A stretch of 63,773 nucleotides of DNA, filler included, from Sphacelaria rigidula (GCA_964200075.2; 10 parts of 10 records of this genome joined end to end with filler, not necessarily neighbours in it), one strand, 5' to 3'. Counted from the whole stretch's first letter, positions 23,913-35,942 are shown. Program-made: numbers and translations. Notes: generated by a model not told the origin, from the sequence alone.

Positions 23913-25105
23913 CAGGCTGGGCCAGCCTACAAGCGGGTTTGTACTTTGGAGCGAATTCGCAATTTTTATTAGAGAGTTGGAAAATGAAAATTGGTATGGA
24001 CAATCAACAGGGCATGAAGAAAAGCTGTCTGTTAGGTCCCAACGATTTTTTTTTCGTGAGTTAGGGGCATTTTACTGAAACCTCATCCTGATTTTTGCCC
24101 TTAATTCACGGAAAAAAAAATCGTTGGGACCTCACAGACAGCTTTTCTTCATGCACTGTTGATTGTCCATACCAAATTTCACTTTCCAACTCCAAGAAGA
24201 AAATTACGAATTTACATTTGAAAAACCGAGGCGGCGGAAATTCGGAACAGTATTTCCCAGGCCGTTTATTGGCCCACATTTGGTGTTTGTGGGTTGAAAC
24301 TTTGTGCGGGACCTTGCTAGGTCGTGATGAACCAACAAGATGCGTGAGGTTGGGTTTTATTTTATTTTTTCACTGGTTGAGGGCATTTTAGTATGGTAAC
24401 GATGATTTTTTTACGAGAACATTCGAACCTCTCACGAAAAAAAAAAATGAAGGCCCATTTTTATTTTCTACTCAGCATACCTCTGTCGTTCTCCATGCCA
24501 AGTTTCAAATCACAATTCTAAAAATTGAGCTGAAAATTTGAGTTCAGGCCCAAGAGCAATGTTCATTTTTCCTCAAAACCCCCCTAAAAACACGAGAAAA
24601 AACGAGAAAAAACGGGAAAAGTCGAGTTTTTTTTCGTTATGCACTAGCGGTTTTTCATACCAAATTTTATAGCACAACTCTCAAAAATTGAGACGCGATA
24701 TCCAGATTTAGGTCATCTAGTGCCTCTGCTCGTAATATACTGATTTTAGTATTGAAACTTATGTGCGCCATTTCTCGAGATAGATGGCGAATGAGGTGAA
24801 AGTGAGGGTATCTATCGTCTCCCCGTGCTCCAGGGAAGGTACACACCAAAGATCGTCATCATCCGCTTGATCGATCGTTCGGGGTTTCATATAGATTTTA
24901 ATGTGGACGCTATCTCCGCCAGGTATAGGAAAAACTATGCATGGGGTTTACTCGACGAGGGAAAATTGGCTCAGATTTTTGAGCAGATGGGCACCTTCCC
25001 CTTGATCAGACGATTAATACGATATGCGGATCACGGCCCAACTCGTCTGTGTCGTTGAGATATCGCTTTTAGAGCTTAAATCTGTTTTTAGGCTGGCCCA
25101 GCCTG
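23913..25105. mobile_element. Tc1/mariner-like non-autonomous element with an internal foldback (23954-24212)
   Basis: Perfect 17-bp TIR CAGGCTGGGCCAGCCTA / TAGGCTGGCCCAGCCTG; TA on the left flank, TG on the right; ~120-bp inverted arms inside. Confidence 0.7.
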
Positions 25106-25376
25106 TGTTCTTCTCCGGAGAATTCTCGGTATGCCTGGGGTTGGGGTTACTGCACGACCGCTGTGCGCGTTGGGGCCTACCCTCTCTCACGACAAGGTAA
25201 ACCCGACGTGCTATGCCTTTGTGGAAGGGTTCTGCCATTGTGTTCCATAATTTTGGCAACTTCTTGAGCCTTTTGAGTTGTGCTCCGCAATGTCGTGACT
25301 CGTTGGCGCCAGTTGCACGCGCGCACACAACGGTCGTGCCATTTGCCAACCACCTCACAGGGGGTCTTGTTTTTGT

Positions 25377-25439
25377 GGGGGGGGGAGGGGGAGGGCGTAC
25401 TCATTTGTTGCTTGCCTTAGTCGTGTGACCATTGGCCAC
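25377..25439 (+). repeat. Head of the poly-G/CGTACTCATTTG repeat family
   Basis: (G)n CGTACTCATTTGTTGCTTGCCTTAGTCGTGTGACCATTGGCCAC at the contig end. Confidence 0.85.
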
Positions 25440-25451
25440 GCAGCCCTTCCG

Positions 25452-25551
25452 NNNNNNNNNNNNNNNNNNNNNNNNNNNNNNNNNNNNNNNNNNNNTTAAT
25501 TAATTAANNNNNNNNNNNNNNNNNNNNNNNNNNNNNNNNNNNNNNNNNNNN
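25452..25551. other. Artificial contig linker
   Basis: Same 100-nt linker. Confidence 0.99.
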
Positions 25552-25825
25552 CATGCGGCCGCCATTCGTCCAATACAGAACGGATTTCCGTCAAACAAAG
25601 GCTGCCGTGTGTAGATTAGCGAGGGCTAGCAGTAACACTAATGCGAGTGAGTGGTAGGTGTCTGTGCGTGTTTTTTGGGGGCTGGGTGTGTAGGTGTTGT
25701 GTTGCCTTGTTGTGCATTGCCTGCAGCATTACACAGACCTTGGACGTGCTTGGACTAACGACCACTTCTAAACCCGCCGCGTTTCTCAATCTGCGTGCGG
25801 ATCTGGGTTCCAATCTGTACAAACC

Positions 25826-26160
25826 TGCTTGTCGATAGGATTCGGGAGTGGTCGTAATGGTGCCAATCCCCTGTCAGAAGAGGATTGTGAAAAAGGGGAT
25901 AATCCCCTTCGTGAAGAAGGGCCCTGAGCGCGCTTACGGAGCTAATGCCTAAAAATTGCTTGTTGATAGGACTCGGGATTGGTCGTCATGGGGCCAAACC
26001 CCTGTCAAAAGGGGATTGTGAAAAAGGAGATAATCCCCTTCGTTAACCCTTAGACCGCGAGGGTAGTCTCTTCTCTGTTGAATCGGCATCAATTTCAAGT
26101 GAAAAAAAGCATGCATGATCCAGAAAGACTAATGTCGCGGTAGAAGGGTTAAGAAGGCCC
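25826..26160. repeat. Tandem duplication (~131-bp period); second copy interrupted by a micro-MITE
   Basis: TGCTTGT.GATAGGA.TCGGGA.TGGTCGT.ATGG.GCCAA.CCCCTGTCA.AAG.GGATTGTGAAAAAGG.GATAATCCCCTTCGT at 25826 and 25957. Confidence 0.85.
26047..26148. mobile_element. 102-bp piggyBac-type micro-MITE
   Basis: TTAA|CCCTTAGACCGCGA ... TCGCGGTAGAAGGG|TTAA. The adjacent duplicate copy shows the empty site (CTTCG TGAA GAAGGGCCC). Confidence 0.9.
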
Positions 26161-26426
26161 CCATTACACGAGCGAAATGCGCTTGGCTTGCCCACGCACA
26201 TGGCAAACGTGGGATAGTCCTCGACCTGAAACGGGAGTCCTTCTCAACAAGAAGGGAAAGAGCTAAACCACAAGGATTTATTTTGCTTGCACGTAAAGTA
26301 TTACTCGTACACTGTTGTAATTCTCGATGAAGTGTGTCTTTTTCAAGTTCACCGTCGTTGCAGGGTTTGTTGCGTGCGACGTCAATTTTGTTTTCGCCAT
26401 CTTGCTCTATTTTATGTGGTTCTCAG

Positions 26427-26610
26427 ATACCACCGCCGCACAGGGTGAAGGCTGCCATCAATGAGTGGAGGGAACGGTGGCCGAACAAACTCGTCGACGA
26501 GAACGCAGGCGACGACGACGTGCTTCAACCTCCCCTCGAGATGGCGGAGGAAGACCGGGAATCGTGGCACATGGCAAGGGGCTTCGACGGCATCGCAGAT
26601 TCGCTCGGAG
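26427..26610 (+). CDS. Isolated internal exon, unknown protein (IPPPHRVKAAINEWRERWPNKLVDENAGDDDVLQPPLEMAEEDRESWHMARGFDGIADSLG)
   Basis: TCTCAG acceptor after a pyrimidine tract, AG|GTACGA donor, GC3-rich open frame. Confidence 0.7.
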
Positions 26611-27369
26611 GTACGAGCGCGTGCTAGATCTGCACGCCATGTTACAGTATTCGTGTGTGCGCGCGCGTAATACAGATATATGAGTACAGGAATCCTTCTG
26701 GAACCGACTATGGAGTATGCGTCCTTTCCTTGCTTGCGGACACAAATGTTTGAAAACGATCAAGAAACACTATTTCATCCGGTCAGCGTAATGGACCATA
26801 GAAACAGGATCGGCTGTAATGGATATTTTCACAGAGAATATGTCAATGCTAGCGTACTTGCATCCCCAAGTTTTTGCCACCTTCCATGATGTTGACGATA
26901 TCACCTTACGTTAGCAGGGCTGCCCTGAACCTTTTCGTGGATTCTCCAACTACTCCAGGGGTATAATGCATGGATGTTCTCGACAGGCAAGAGATTGGAT
27001 CACGACGTGTAAGACGAGTCCTCATCTGGTCTGAGTGAGGCCACCGTGTCCTCTTTGTACGGTACCGAGCTACTGGTCGTCGCATCTTGTTTTTAATATT
27101 ATTTTTCGACATAGAGTTTCGACCCCTCCCCTTCATCGGGACGGGTCCGTTATTCTCCAAGGATCAACAAATTAGCCTGTCTTTCTCCAACAACTTCCCT
27201 CCCCTGACACATCAATACGTGCCTTGATATTTTGGTATCGCGGGTCGGATCATCAGCACTCCTCGCACCGCGTCGACTTTCGCCATTTTTTTCAATGTTA
27301 TTTTCGTGCCACTGACGTCCTCTTGGCTTTCAACCATGGAAATGAGGCATTATTGTTAACCTTGAACCG

Positions 27370-27495
27370 ACCGACCGACCCGCAGGTGGACGGAGATGGA
27401 CTATGCCAGATTTGGGGTTCCGAACAGCTCTTTTCTCGCTTCACAAAACGCCTTTTTTTCATGAACATGTGGATGTTAGGCATCTATCTATATAC
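27370..27495. repeat. Repeat present in inverted orientation at 29965-30085
   Basis: CCCGCAGGTGGACGGAGATGGAC...GAACAGCTCTTTTCTCGCTTCACAAAACGCC...TTTTTTCAT matches the reverse complement of 29965-30085. Confidence 0.75.
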
Positions 27496-27835
27496 GTGAA
27501 AATAAAAAAGTACCGGATAACCCCTGATCGCTTTTCACCCTGCAGTCAATTGCGTGCAGCCAGTATGTGCGCTGTGTGTTTTCGCTGGACACGAAGGCGA
27601 CAAGCAGTCAGCGTGCAATCACTCTCCACTGAACACAGTCTACTGCACGCTGCCGATGTCTCTGCTTAGTGTTGTACAACGACACTACAGGCAGTGTGAA
27701 GCTTTATACTGGCAACACATGAGGAGTCAGGCAGGCGGCATAGACCACGAGCAGAGTAGAAAGCACGTTGTTTGTGTCCACGTTATCTACGGTTGAAGTG
27801 TCAGTACGAAATGACAAGGTCGGCTAGACGGCGAA

Positions 27836-28472
27836 GTAGCCCACCTGTAGGGAAACAGAAGCGAACATTTTGACAGCCGTGGTTGGTCAGAATGGTCACT
27901 CCGCTCCCCTCGGGCCTCGTTCGTGGCTCAAAATTTTCCGCGAGAAACTTCCAAACGCACATGGTTGACACGGTGAGCTTCTTGGCTGTCCTGAAACAGG
28001 CCCTCACCCCAGTGTCAAGAACCAACCCCCTGCTCCCTGCAAACCGTCGGATGTCCCGGGACTGTCAGCCGGTGGAAATTTTCCGAGGAGACGTTTGCTG
28101 TCTAAGGGTCAACTGTTATACTTCGTACAGTAAAGCGAGCGTCGCCTCGGAGCATTTTTACGGGCTGACAGTATGGAGACATCCGGAGGTTTCCAGTGAG
28201 CGGGGCGGGTGGTTTTTCGGGGGGGGGGGGTACTTATCTGTTGCTTGCCTAGTCGTATTTGACCACTGACCACGCATCCCTTTCGAGACGAAGCACTGGG
28301 GAAGAGGGCTGTCCGCAGAGCAGCCGGGAAGCTCACGAAGTCAACCATGTGCGTTTGGAAGTTTCCCGCGGAAGATTCTAAGCAAGGGACGAGACCCGAG
28401 AGGCGCGGAATGACCGTTCTGGCCAATCACGGCCGTCAAAATAGGCACGCAGTTCCCCCACAGGTGGATTAC
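27836..28472. mobile_element. Foldback MITE (~640 bp) with a poly-G repeat head inserted in the right arm (28219-28273)
   Basis: GTAGCCCACCTGT / ACAGGTGGATTAC ends; arms pair throughout (e.g. GAAACTTCCAAACGCACATGGTTGAC / GTCAACCATGTGCGTTTGGAAGTTTC). Confidence 0.85.
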
Positions 28473-28510
28473 AAGTAGACTACAGGTGGACTACTCCTAA
28501 CGGTATTTCT

Positions 28511-29648
28511 TAAAGCTCGGAAATGGTACCAGTTACAACTGGCCACTATAGTCATAATGGTAATGATGGTACAGTAGTGGGCGGTCTAACTATTCAGAGA
28601 TATTTTGGGGTTTTCTGGCGTACTACTCTTCGATAGAAATCGAAATTGCTAGCGTCGGTAGATTTTGGTACAACCAACAGATCATCCTCGAAACACAGTG
28701 CCCACGTCAGTGTTAGTTGGTGGTTTCGTTTTTGTTGGGTACGTCTATCATGAGACCACGGCTGGACTCCGGGGGGGTCAGTTAAAGTGCGACAATCAAT
28801 GAAAAAAACGAGTAAATTCCCCGTTTATCAGGAGGGTGTTATTGACCGTGAAACACAGTTTTTCGGCTCTAGTGCCATGAGTAGGTAGAATTTCGAAAAA
28901 CTGAAGAATTGTACATTTCTTAATGAGTATGATCGAGACAGGCTCGTCATCGTCCGCCAGCTCTGGTCGTGTTACACCCGGGGTCATGTACACCACCCTG
29001 TTGTTGCATACAGTACCAGCCACACCGAACTGGACCGTGGAAGTGCCCATGTCTGGGTTGGGCGGGCGGTGATGGGACCGAAAATACCGAGGAGAGAGAA
29101 TCCGGGCTGAAACGTGGCGGGACCCCCGATGACCGGTCAGCCCGTGAGTCTCAATGTTGAGTAAAGATGATTTTTTCTACTTGGAATGTGACCTCATACA
29201 AATATCTTATGATCCCCAATGTAATAAGCGGTGACAAGCGGAAAGAGCCCACGAAGATCGCCAATTACGAAAAAATCACGAAATGCCACAAAATTCATAG
29301 TTAGACCGCCCACTACTGTAATGGTTGTATAAAAAAATGATTAATGTTATCAAACCATTATTTGCCGTTACCGGCTTTATAAGCCGTTACCGCCTACGTA
29401 TGCTACATATAGCCCTTGAAAATTGGCCCAAATTTGCCGTAGTTTTTAGCTCTAGTGAAGCCAAATCGCGTACAAACGTGCCTCGGCACGGCGCCTCCAG
29501 CGGGGCCCCCCATGCCGGGGAGGGCTTTTTGGCTCGCGGCTGCGCCGCTCGATGACCAAACCATCATGTACCATTTAAATGGTTAATGAGTGCGCTACGC
29601 GTAACCATTCAACTGGTTCATGCTTGGATAAACCATTTCTGAGCTATA
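28511..29648. mobile_element. Outer TIR element interrupted by the mariner-like element
   Basis: TAAAGCTCGGAAATGGT vs ACCATTTCTGAGCTATA; AATGGT/ACCATT-rich interior on both sides of the insertion. Confidence 0.55.
28572..29318. mobile_element. Tc1/mariner-like non-autonomous element (747 bp)
   Basis: Perfect 22-bp TIR CAGTAGTGGGCGGTCTAACTAT, TA TSD on both sides. Confidence 0.9.
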
Positions 29649-30204
29649 GTATTTCTCATTTTGGACATGGCAATTCAACCATAGATTACGTATCGTAGAC
29701 ACAAATAACGTATGCTCTTCTACTTGTGCCGCCTGTCTGACGCCTCATGTGTTGCCAGCATAGCTTCACATTCTTTGGTGCCGTTGTGGAACATTGAGCA
29801 GAGGCATCAGCAGTATGCAGGAAGTCGCGTTCAGTGGAGAGCGATGGCACGCCGACTGTTTGTCGCCCTTGTATCTAGCGGAGACATATCGCACACATAC
29901 TGACCTCTACACGCTATCGAGACTGCACGATTAAAAACTCTCAGGGGTTCTCTGGAACTATTGTCTGTATAGATACCCAGCATCACCATAATGATGAAAA
30001 AAAAATGGCGTTTTGTGTAGCGGGAAAAGAGCTGTTCTGCACTCCCGAATGTGGTATTGTCCATCTCAGTCAACCTGCGGGGGGGTTGATGTCTAGGGAT
30101 TGAGGAAAAAAGTACAGCGTGTACTCGTAGAATTGAGTAAATGTCGTGGAATAATATTTTCTGGGGGATGGACCACACCCGGTGCGGCAGCAAAAGTAAT
30201 GTGG

Positions 30205-30276
30205 TGGAGGTATGGGGATTTGAACCCCAGACATTTCGCATGCGAAGCGAACACTCTACCCCTGAGCTATACCCCC
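30205..30276 (-). tRNA. tRNA-Ala (anticodon CGC)
   Basis: GGGGGTA TA GCTC AGGGGTA GAGT G TTCGC TTCGCAT GCGAA ATGTC TGGGG TTCAAAT CCCCA TACCTCC A: full cloverleaf, G3:U70 Ala identity pair, TTTT terminator just downstream. Confidence 0.95.
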
Positions 30277-30557
30277 GACTGTTGATATGAGGAGGAAGAG
30301 ATGTTGCCAAGTATTTGCATCCGATAACGGGGAACACCGATAACGTTGGTTCATCTCCGACATGCGTCGGTCGTCGAGGACATTTTTCTCTTGTTTTTCA
30401 GTCGCGACTTTCGTACAAGAGTGAATTATCATCATGTGAAACAACATTACTCGTGACGGCGGGACCGTAGCTACCTACGTCGGTACCCGCGGATTTTACG
30501 TTTTCGGACAAAATGCAAATGTTTGGGCCTAAACTATCTCGAACCTATAGCAGTGAG

Positions 30558-31420
30558 TTATTTCTGCCCTTGAGGGCGTGACTCAGCCCTTTTTTTTTCG
30601 GTAGAATAAATGGGGCGGTGGAGTCGATTTGAGCGAGATCTTCACGTTTTTGATGCAGCTGGGTCAAGATGGATTTTCAAGCTTTCGATCGAAAAAAGAC
30701 GGTGAAATTTGTGAACAGGTACATGATCACTCGTGTACCGTATAATAGTACAGATAGTCCGTACTGTCTGCACTGCTTGCAAGCAGTGTCTTTGGTGCGT
30801 GTGTGCGTGAGTCGTACAGGAGGGTGTAAAAGAGAAGCGGGCAACGTGCAGTGCAGACAGCCCAGGACTATCAGTTATCTCTGCTTACAATGCGACGTGA
30901 AGAGGACTTCAGCAACGTGCGGCTTTGTAATGCCTGCACTGTCCATGAGGGTGCACGCAACTCGGTTGCCCACCGTACCACGCAGGTCCGTCGCTGATTC
31001 CTACCATGAGAGGAGATGCGCAAGTTTTAGCCAACAAAAAATAAACAAAGCACACCCAACCACTGCAGTGTATCTACCCCTGGGCTCAGCTCGTGCTCTA
31101 TGCTGCAGGGTTGCAGTTCTGGCTGAGAATGAGTTGGATGGAGTTGGCGTGGTCCTGTGAACAGGTGTTATCTGGCGTGGTGGTATATAAGATAGGAGTC
31201 AAGTGCCGCTTCGTGCGTTTCGACCGCATGTTTTCGACCGAAGATGATTGTTTTTTTACCTCGAGTAATAATTCTCCGCCCGCCGCTAATTATAATTTTG
31301 AGTCGAAGCCTTCTAGGAACATGAATGCGGGGGACCTATCAGATCGGCAAAAGAAAAATCGACCGCACTTTTTCGATCGAAAACAAAAGGTGCGAAGACA
31401 CGCCCTGAGTGGGCAAAATA
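30558..31420. mobile_element. Old TIR element with degenerate inverted ends
   Basis: TATTTCTGCCCTTGAGGGCGTGACTCAGCCCTTTTTTTTTCG vs CGAAAACAAAAGGTGCGAAGACACGCCCTGAGTGGGCAAAATA; true boundaries uncertain. Confidence 0.45.
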
Positions 31421-31838
31421 CGCCCAATTCTCCGCGACACGAATCGATATATGCCTGTTAACTTGATCAACACTTGGAACTCGAGGAGAAAAATCACCCA
31501 TTTTCGAACCTGGATTCCTCCATGTTATATTCGACGATTGTCATTTACCATGGTCCAATTTGTTTTTTGCACTGTGTGCGCATCATATATATATATATAT
31601 GATATGATATTATGATATATTTATCGTATGATTAACATAAAAAAGCTTGCAAACCGATGTACACTAAACCATTTTAACCCTGTTGGCACCAACACTCCAC
31701 TAACACAGGGTTGACCTTGTGTTAGTGAAATGACTAAAAATAAGTCTTCGAGCAACCTGCCCAATCACGGCGAGGTGATATTTATCGACCAGACCCGAAC
31801 GACCAGCGCGGGGATTGTTGGCGAGTGTGATGCCACTG

Positions 31839-31938
31839 NNNNNNNNNNNNNNNNNNNNNNNNNNNNNNNNNNNNNNNNNNNNTTAATTAATTAANNNNNN
31901 NNNNNNNNNNNNNNNNNNNNNNNNNNNNNNNNNNNNNN
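31839..31938. other. Artificial contig linker
   Basis: Same 100-nt linker. Confidence 0.99.
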
Positions 31939-32769
31939 ACTGCCCAAGGGGGGTGTTGAGGTGAACAGCCTTTTCAGTGTAGTCTACAGTACTGATCAGC
32001 CACGGTACGGAGGTATCCGTCTTCACGGGTTCTGACAGTTACATGCGGTGGGATTTGATACCGTAGTAGGCGTATGTCTTGTACCTACGTACGCAATGTT
32101 CGCTGGTCATGGTGATGGGGTAGCCACACCGAGCCACTTCGTTCTCTTCGTTCTCTTTCCTTCCTTGACTTGCTCAGTCAAGTTATGTAATTCTATTCTT
32201 CTACAACAACATGATCGGGTCAGCCGTGTCCTTTGATCGACCTCATCAGTCGTGCCCAGCTGTCCCTGTTTATGGATCACGTATCGAGGAACAGGTCCTT
32301 CGAAAATTAGCGTACGCGATCGTCCTCCAACAGGGAGTAACGGACGAGGTTCGAAAAGAAGGCTACACATGAAATGCACATATGATACTGGTAACTAGTA
32401 TAGAATACTGCATGCCTGGGAAAAATAGGAGTCACTCCCGCCAAGCTGGTACAGCACCAACGCTCACATCTTGAACTGCAGCGACCACTTCGCGCGGGGC
32501 ACGATGGCTTCTACTTTGGCTATCTCGCGACCGATGTCCTTGGACCACTAGTCGATCTTCCCACACTCCTCTTCGGAAGGGATCTACCCGACGAGCGCAA
32601 CCCTGCCAAACAAAGGTAGAAAACGGACAACATGCCGACGGGGCCAGAGATTTCGGGTCTTTATGTCGATATACAGGATGTAAGAATACGCGTGTCTTCA
32701 AGTGGGAAGGCGCAGCTTGTGGCCACCCGTGCAACAACAATTAAGATGTACAAACGTCGGGTTTGAAGG

Positions 32770-33220
32770 CACAGCTAACGATTGCTCAAACTAGACAGAC
32801 GCCCATCGGGCGTGCTCTGCGAAAATAGGTGTTGGATCGAAAAGAAAAGCTCAAGCATTAGTGCCATCAAGCCGGCTAGAAGGTTTGAACACATGACTGT
32901 AACAAAGCCAAAGGCACGCACAACCAGCCGTACCTTGTCAAGCGGTAGATGTAGACCTCCTGCTCGTGCTCCTTCATTATGATAAACTTCGGCCTGCCGA
33001 CCATCTTGAGTGTCACTCTGTTGCGGTCGGAACGTTTGACGTCCGGGTGCTTGTCGTCGCGGCCGTTGAGATAGCTGACGTCCAAGAACATGTCAAGCGC
33101 GGCCTCCTTCAAGTTGGTGGCGATGTTGATGTACTTCGTGAGGGTGTTGTTGACAGGCGGCTTCTCCTCTTGCTGTTGGCCGAGGGAACAACGAAGGAAA
33201 GTGGTCACAGCGCCGAGCAA
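32770..33220 (-). pseudogene. Possible decayed pogo/Tc5-type transposase N-terminus (CENP-B-like HTH)
   Basis: GRPKFIIMKEHEQEVYIYRL..YG..CV resembles the GRP....E..L...+...R..G.P+ HTH pattern. A later LSNR*L may be the S.GWL motif with a stop. Weak. Confidence 0.3.
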
Positions 33221-33439
33221 AATGCATTCGAGTGGGCCCTGGAGTTCAAGAGACGATGCTTCAGCTACTTTAGGCCGCTTCTTAAGAGACTGAAAAAGTA
33301 TCTGGACGACAATCCTCAGAGACGTTTTTCAGATAAATCAGTTTTCAGAACCCCACCTCTCAGACTTTGAAAAAATCCTGGGGATTTGTACACCCGAGGC
33401 CATCATCTAGCCTACGCGCACACGTGGCCACTGGGGGGA

Positions 33440-33660
33440 GGCTCCAGGACCTTGCAGGCACCTTGCGCAATCTGGCCCGGCAAGGTGGAGGTTGCGCAAG
33501 GTACGTTGCATAAGGTCCTGGAAGGTCGTGGAAGGTCCCGTAAGGGACGTTGCACAAGGTCCTGCAAAGTACGTTGCACAAGGTCCTGTATGGTACCTTG
33601 CACAAGGTTCTGTAAGGTACCTTACACCAGGTTGCGCGAGGTACCTTACACCAAGGTCCA
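33440..33660. repeat. 24-bp minisatellite (GTTGCACAAGGTCCTGYAAGGTAC)
   Basis: At least six degenerate units, built from ~12-bp subunits. Confidence 0.85.
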
Positions 33661-33939
33661 GCATTTGGACAGGTGTCAACGTCTCCAACACGTTGGAGTC
33701 AGCAACATGAAGCTTTCCTTGCAGCTGATCATGTCGTGTATGCTTCCTCTCTTTGCATCACATTATTCTACCGCTTTAAGGACATGGCACGAACAATATA
33801 TACCCCCCTCCCCCCGAAAAAATATAAAAGGGACATACGCCGGCCTCAGGATGCTCCTGTGCTGGTGAGCAAGGTTCTGTACTCGATCATGAGTATAACT
33901 ACCAACAAGTCGCGAACTGTTTTCAAGATCATCCCGTAG

Positions 33940-34410
33940 ACCCATTCAAGCTGTTGACAGGATATGTGTTCTATTTATGCAGGCGTCTATCGTGGTCATC
34001 CACGACCCCAGGTCCCCCCTCCCCCCCATCTTCACGTACAGCAGCATAAAAAACGGAGAGCTTCCACAGTATATATATATATACCGAACACCATGCAGTA
34101 TATACCCACTCAACCCCTTCAGAGGCATCGTACATGACGCCTTTGACATACTTATGCAGTATATGGCCATCAACCAAAGCCCTTCTCCCCACCCCATCTT
34201 CACCTTTAATAGGAAAAAAATAAAATTACGCCCACACTATACCGTAGACCGTCTCGAACGCCCATTCAAGCCATTGTCAAGCAATGCATATGACGTCCTT
34301 GCCACATATATATATATATATAGTAACTATCGTGGCAATCAACTTGAAGTTCTCCAGCCCTCACCCCATCTTTACTTTCGACAAAAGACAAACAACAACG
34401 AACGCCCCTA
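33940..34410. repeat. Degenerate ~170-bp tandem repeat
   Basis: CCCCATCTT(C/T)AC recurs at ~34023, 34192 and 34364; CCCATTCAAG at 33941 and 34261. Confidence 0.55.
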
Positions 34411-35232
34411 CTATATTCGCGGATGCATAGGAACACCACGCGCCAGGCTGGGTCCGCTCCGTGTCCCCCATCCGAAAAGGATTATGCGCCAGTAGTCACA
34501 GGGGAAATGTGGGTGGGCACAGTGCAAGGGGGGAAAGGACCGAGGAGAAGAGCCGTAGCTCGACGTCAGGTACATCATCTACAAAACATGCTATGAATAC
34601 GACACAGTTACACTATCGACACCGCACCCCGTAACGTGGCCACTCGAAACGGAGTCTTCGTGAAGTGAAGAGAACAAATCCTCTGCAGGAACGGGGGAGT
34701 ATCTCCGATCATCAACCGCAAGATGGGCATGTCGGGGAACGAATACGAGCTGGGCCAGCGACAAAATATTCGGTTGCACCGTTATGCGGAGGCCAAAGTT
34801 TGCAGTTACGAGCTGAATTTTTGTCACATGATTCGTATCATCAATACGTAAAAATTCAGGGGAGTAGCGATGAAAAGATGGAACAGAATCATACAAGAAA
34901 ACGTTAGAGTGATCTGGGCTTATGAAAATATCGGACATGTCGTAACCTGACAACATGAAAGAAACAAGGCTGCTCTCATAAACTTATTCAAATTGCTTGT
35001 ACGAAGGCCTTGTCGACTTTTGGCTCCCAACCCGTAGAAGTGGGCACCGCATGCATCACACGTTTTATGAATACTGTTCCGAGATTGTACCGTCTTCAAA
35101 TCTTCTCCTAATACACGGAAGGCAGTGCGTCGGGTAATACTTTCCGGCGAAGATTAATCACAGCATGAAGCTTTTAACCGTTCCTTTTCTCGCGTCGGGA
35201 TTTGCACGATCATAAAGTTTGGTCAAGTTTCC

Positions 35233-35721
35233 AAGAAGGCGATTCTTACGGTGCGTATTTTTGTGGGCTTGTATTCACCACTTTTGATATATTCGATACA
35301 CTGTTTTGGCCGCAGAACAGAGAACATCGCCATCACAAGTCTTCGGCACTTTGCATCGCCCCACCGGAACTGGTCTAGCCCACGTTTTTTATTCGATCGA
35401 CTCCTGCGTTTCAAGAATGGCTTCTTCGACACAATTGCGGTAGGAAAAGAAATGACGTATCTGCTCGTACTTTACCGACCTGCAGACACCGTTTGTTGTT
35501 TTCCTGCCGTGTTTCTGCCAAGAGGCTGTTCTCGAAATATCGGAGTCGAGTGAATCGGAGAAGTGGGCTGGACCCCTCCCGGCGATGCAAAGTGTCGAAG
35601 ACGTGTGGTGGCGATATTCTCTGTTAGCTGCCATAAATCGTATCCAAGTATCATAGAAGTGGATCATGCGAGCACAAAACGATATCAACCGTAAAAAACG
35701 ACCGTAGATTGACGCCTTCTT
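35233..35721. mobile_element. Foldback MITE (~490 bp)
   Basis: AAGAAGGCG / CGCCTTCTT ends; internal pairs GTCTTCGGCACTTTGCATCGCC / GGCGATGCAAAGTGTCGAAGAC and GGTAGGAAAA / TTTTCCTGCC. Confidence 0.8.
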
Positions 35722-35942
35722 CAAAGTTCGTCAGATTTCTTGCTGAAGATTTCTTGCAATGTTGGGAAATGTCCGGCCCCTTATCGTCGTGTAGCTCCAA
35801 GCTTTAGGAACCTCTCCATGAAATTGGTCATTGAGGGCTGGTTCCCATAGCTTGTGGGTAGACGAGAATGAGGGTCAGAATATTTCCCTTCCAAAAGTCA
35901 TGCGGAAAATCCCTGACCCACTGGGATGGTAATCGTCGGATA

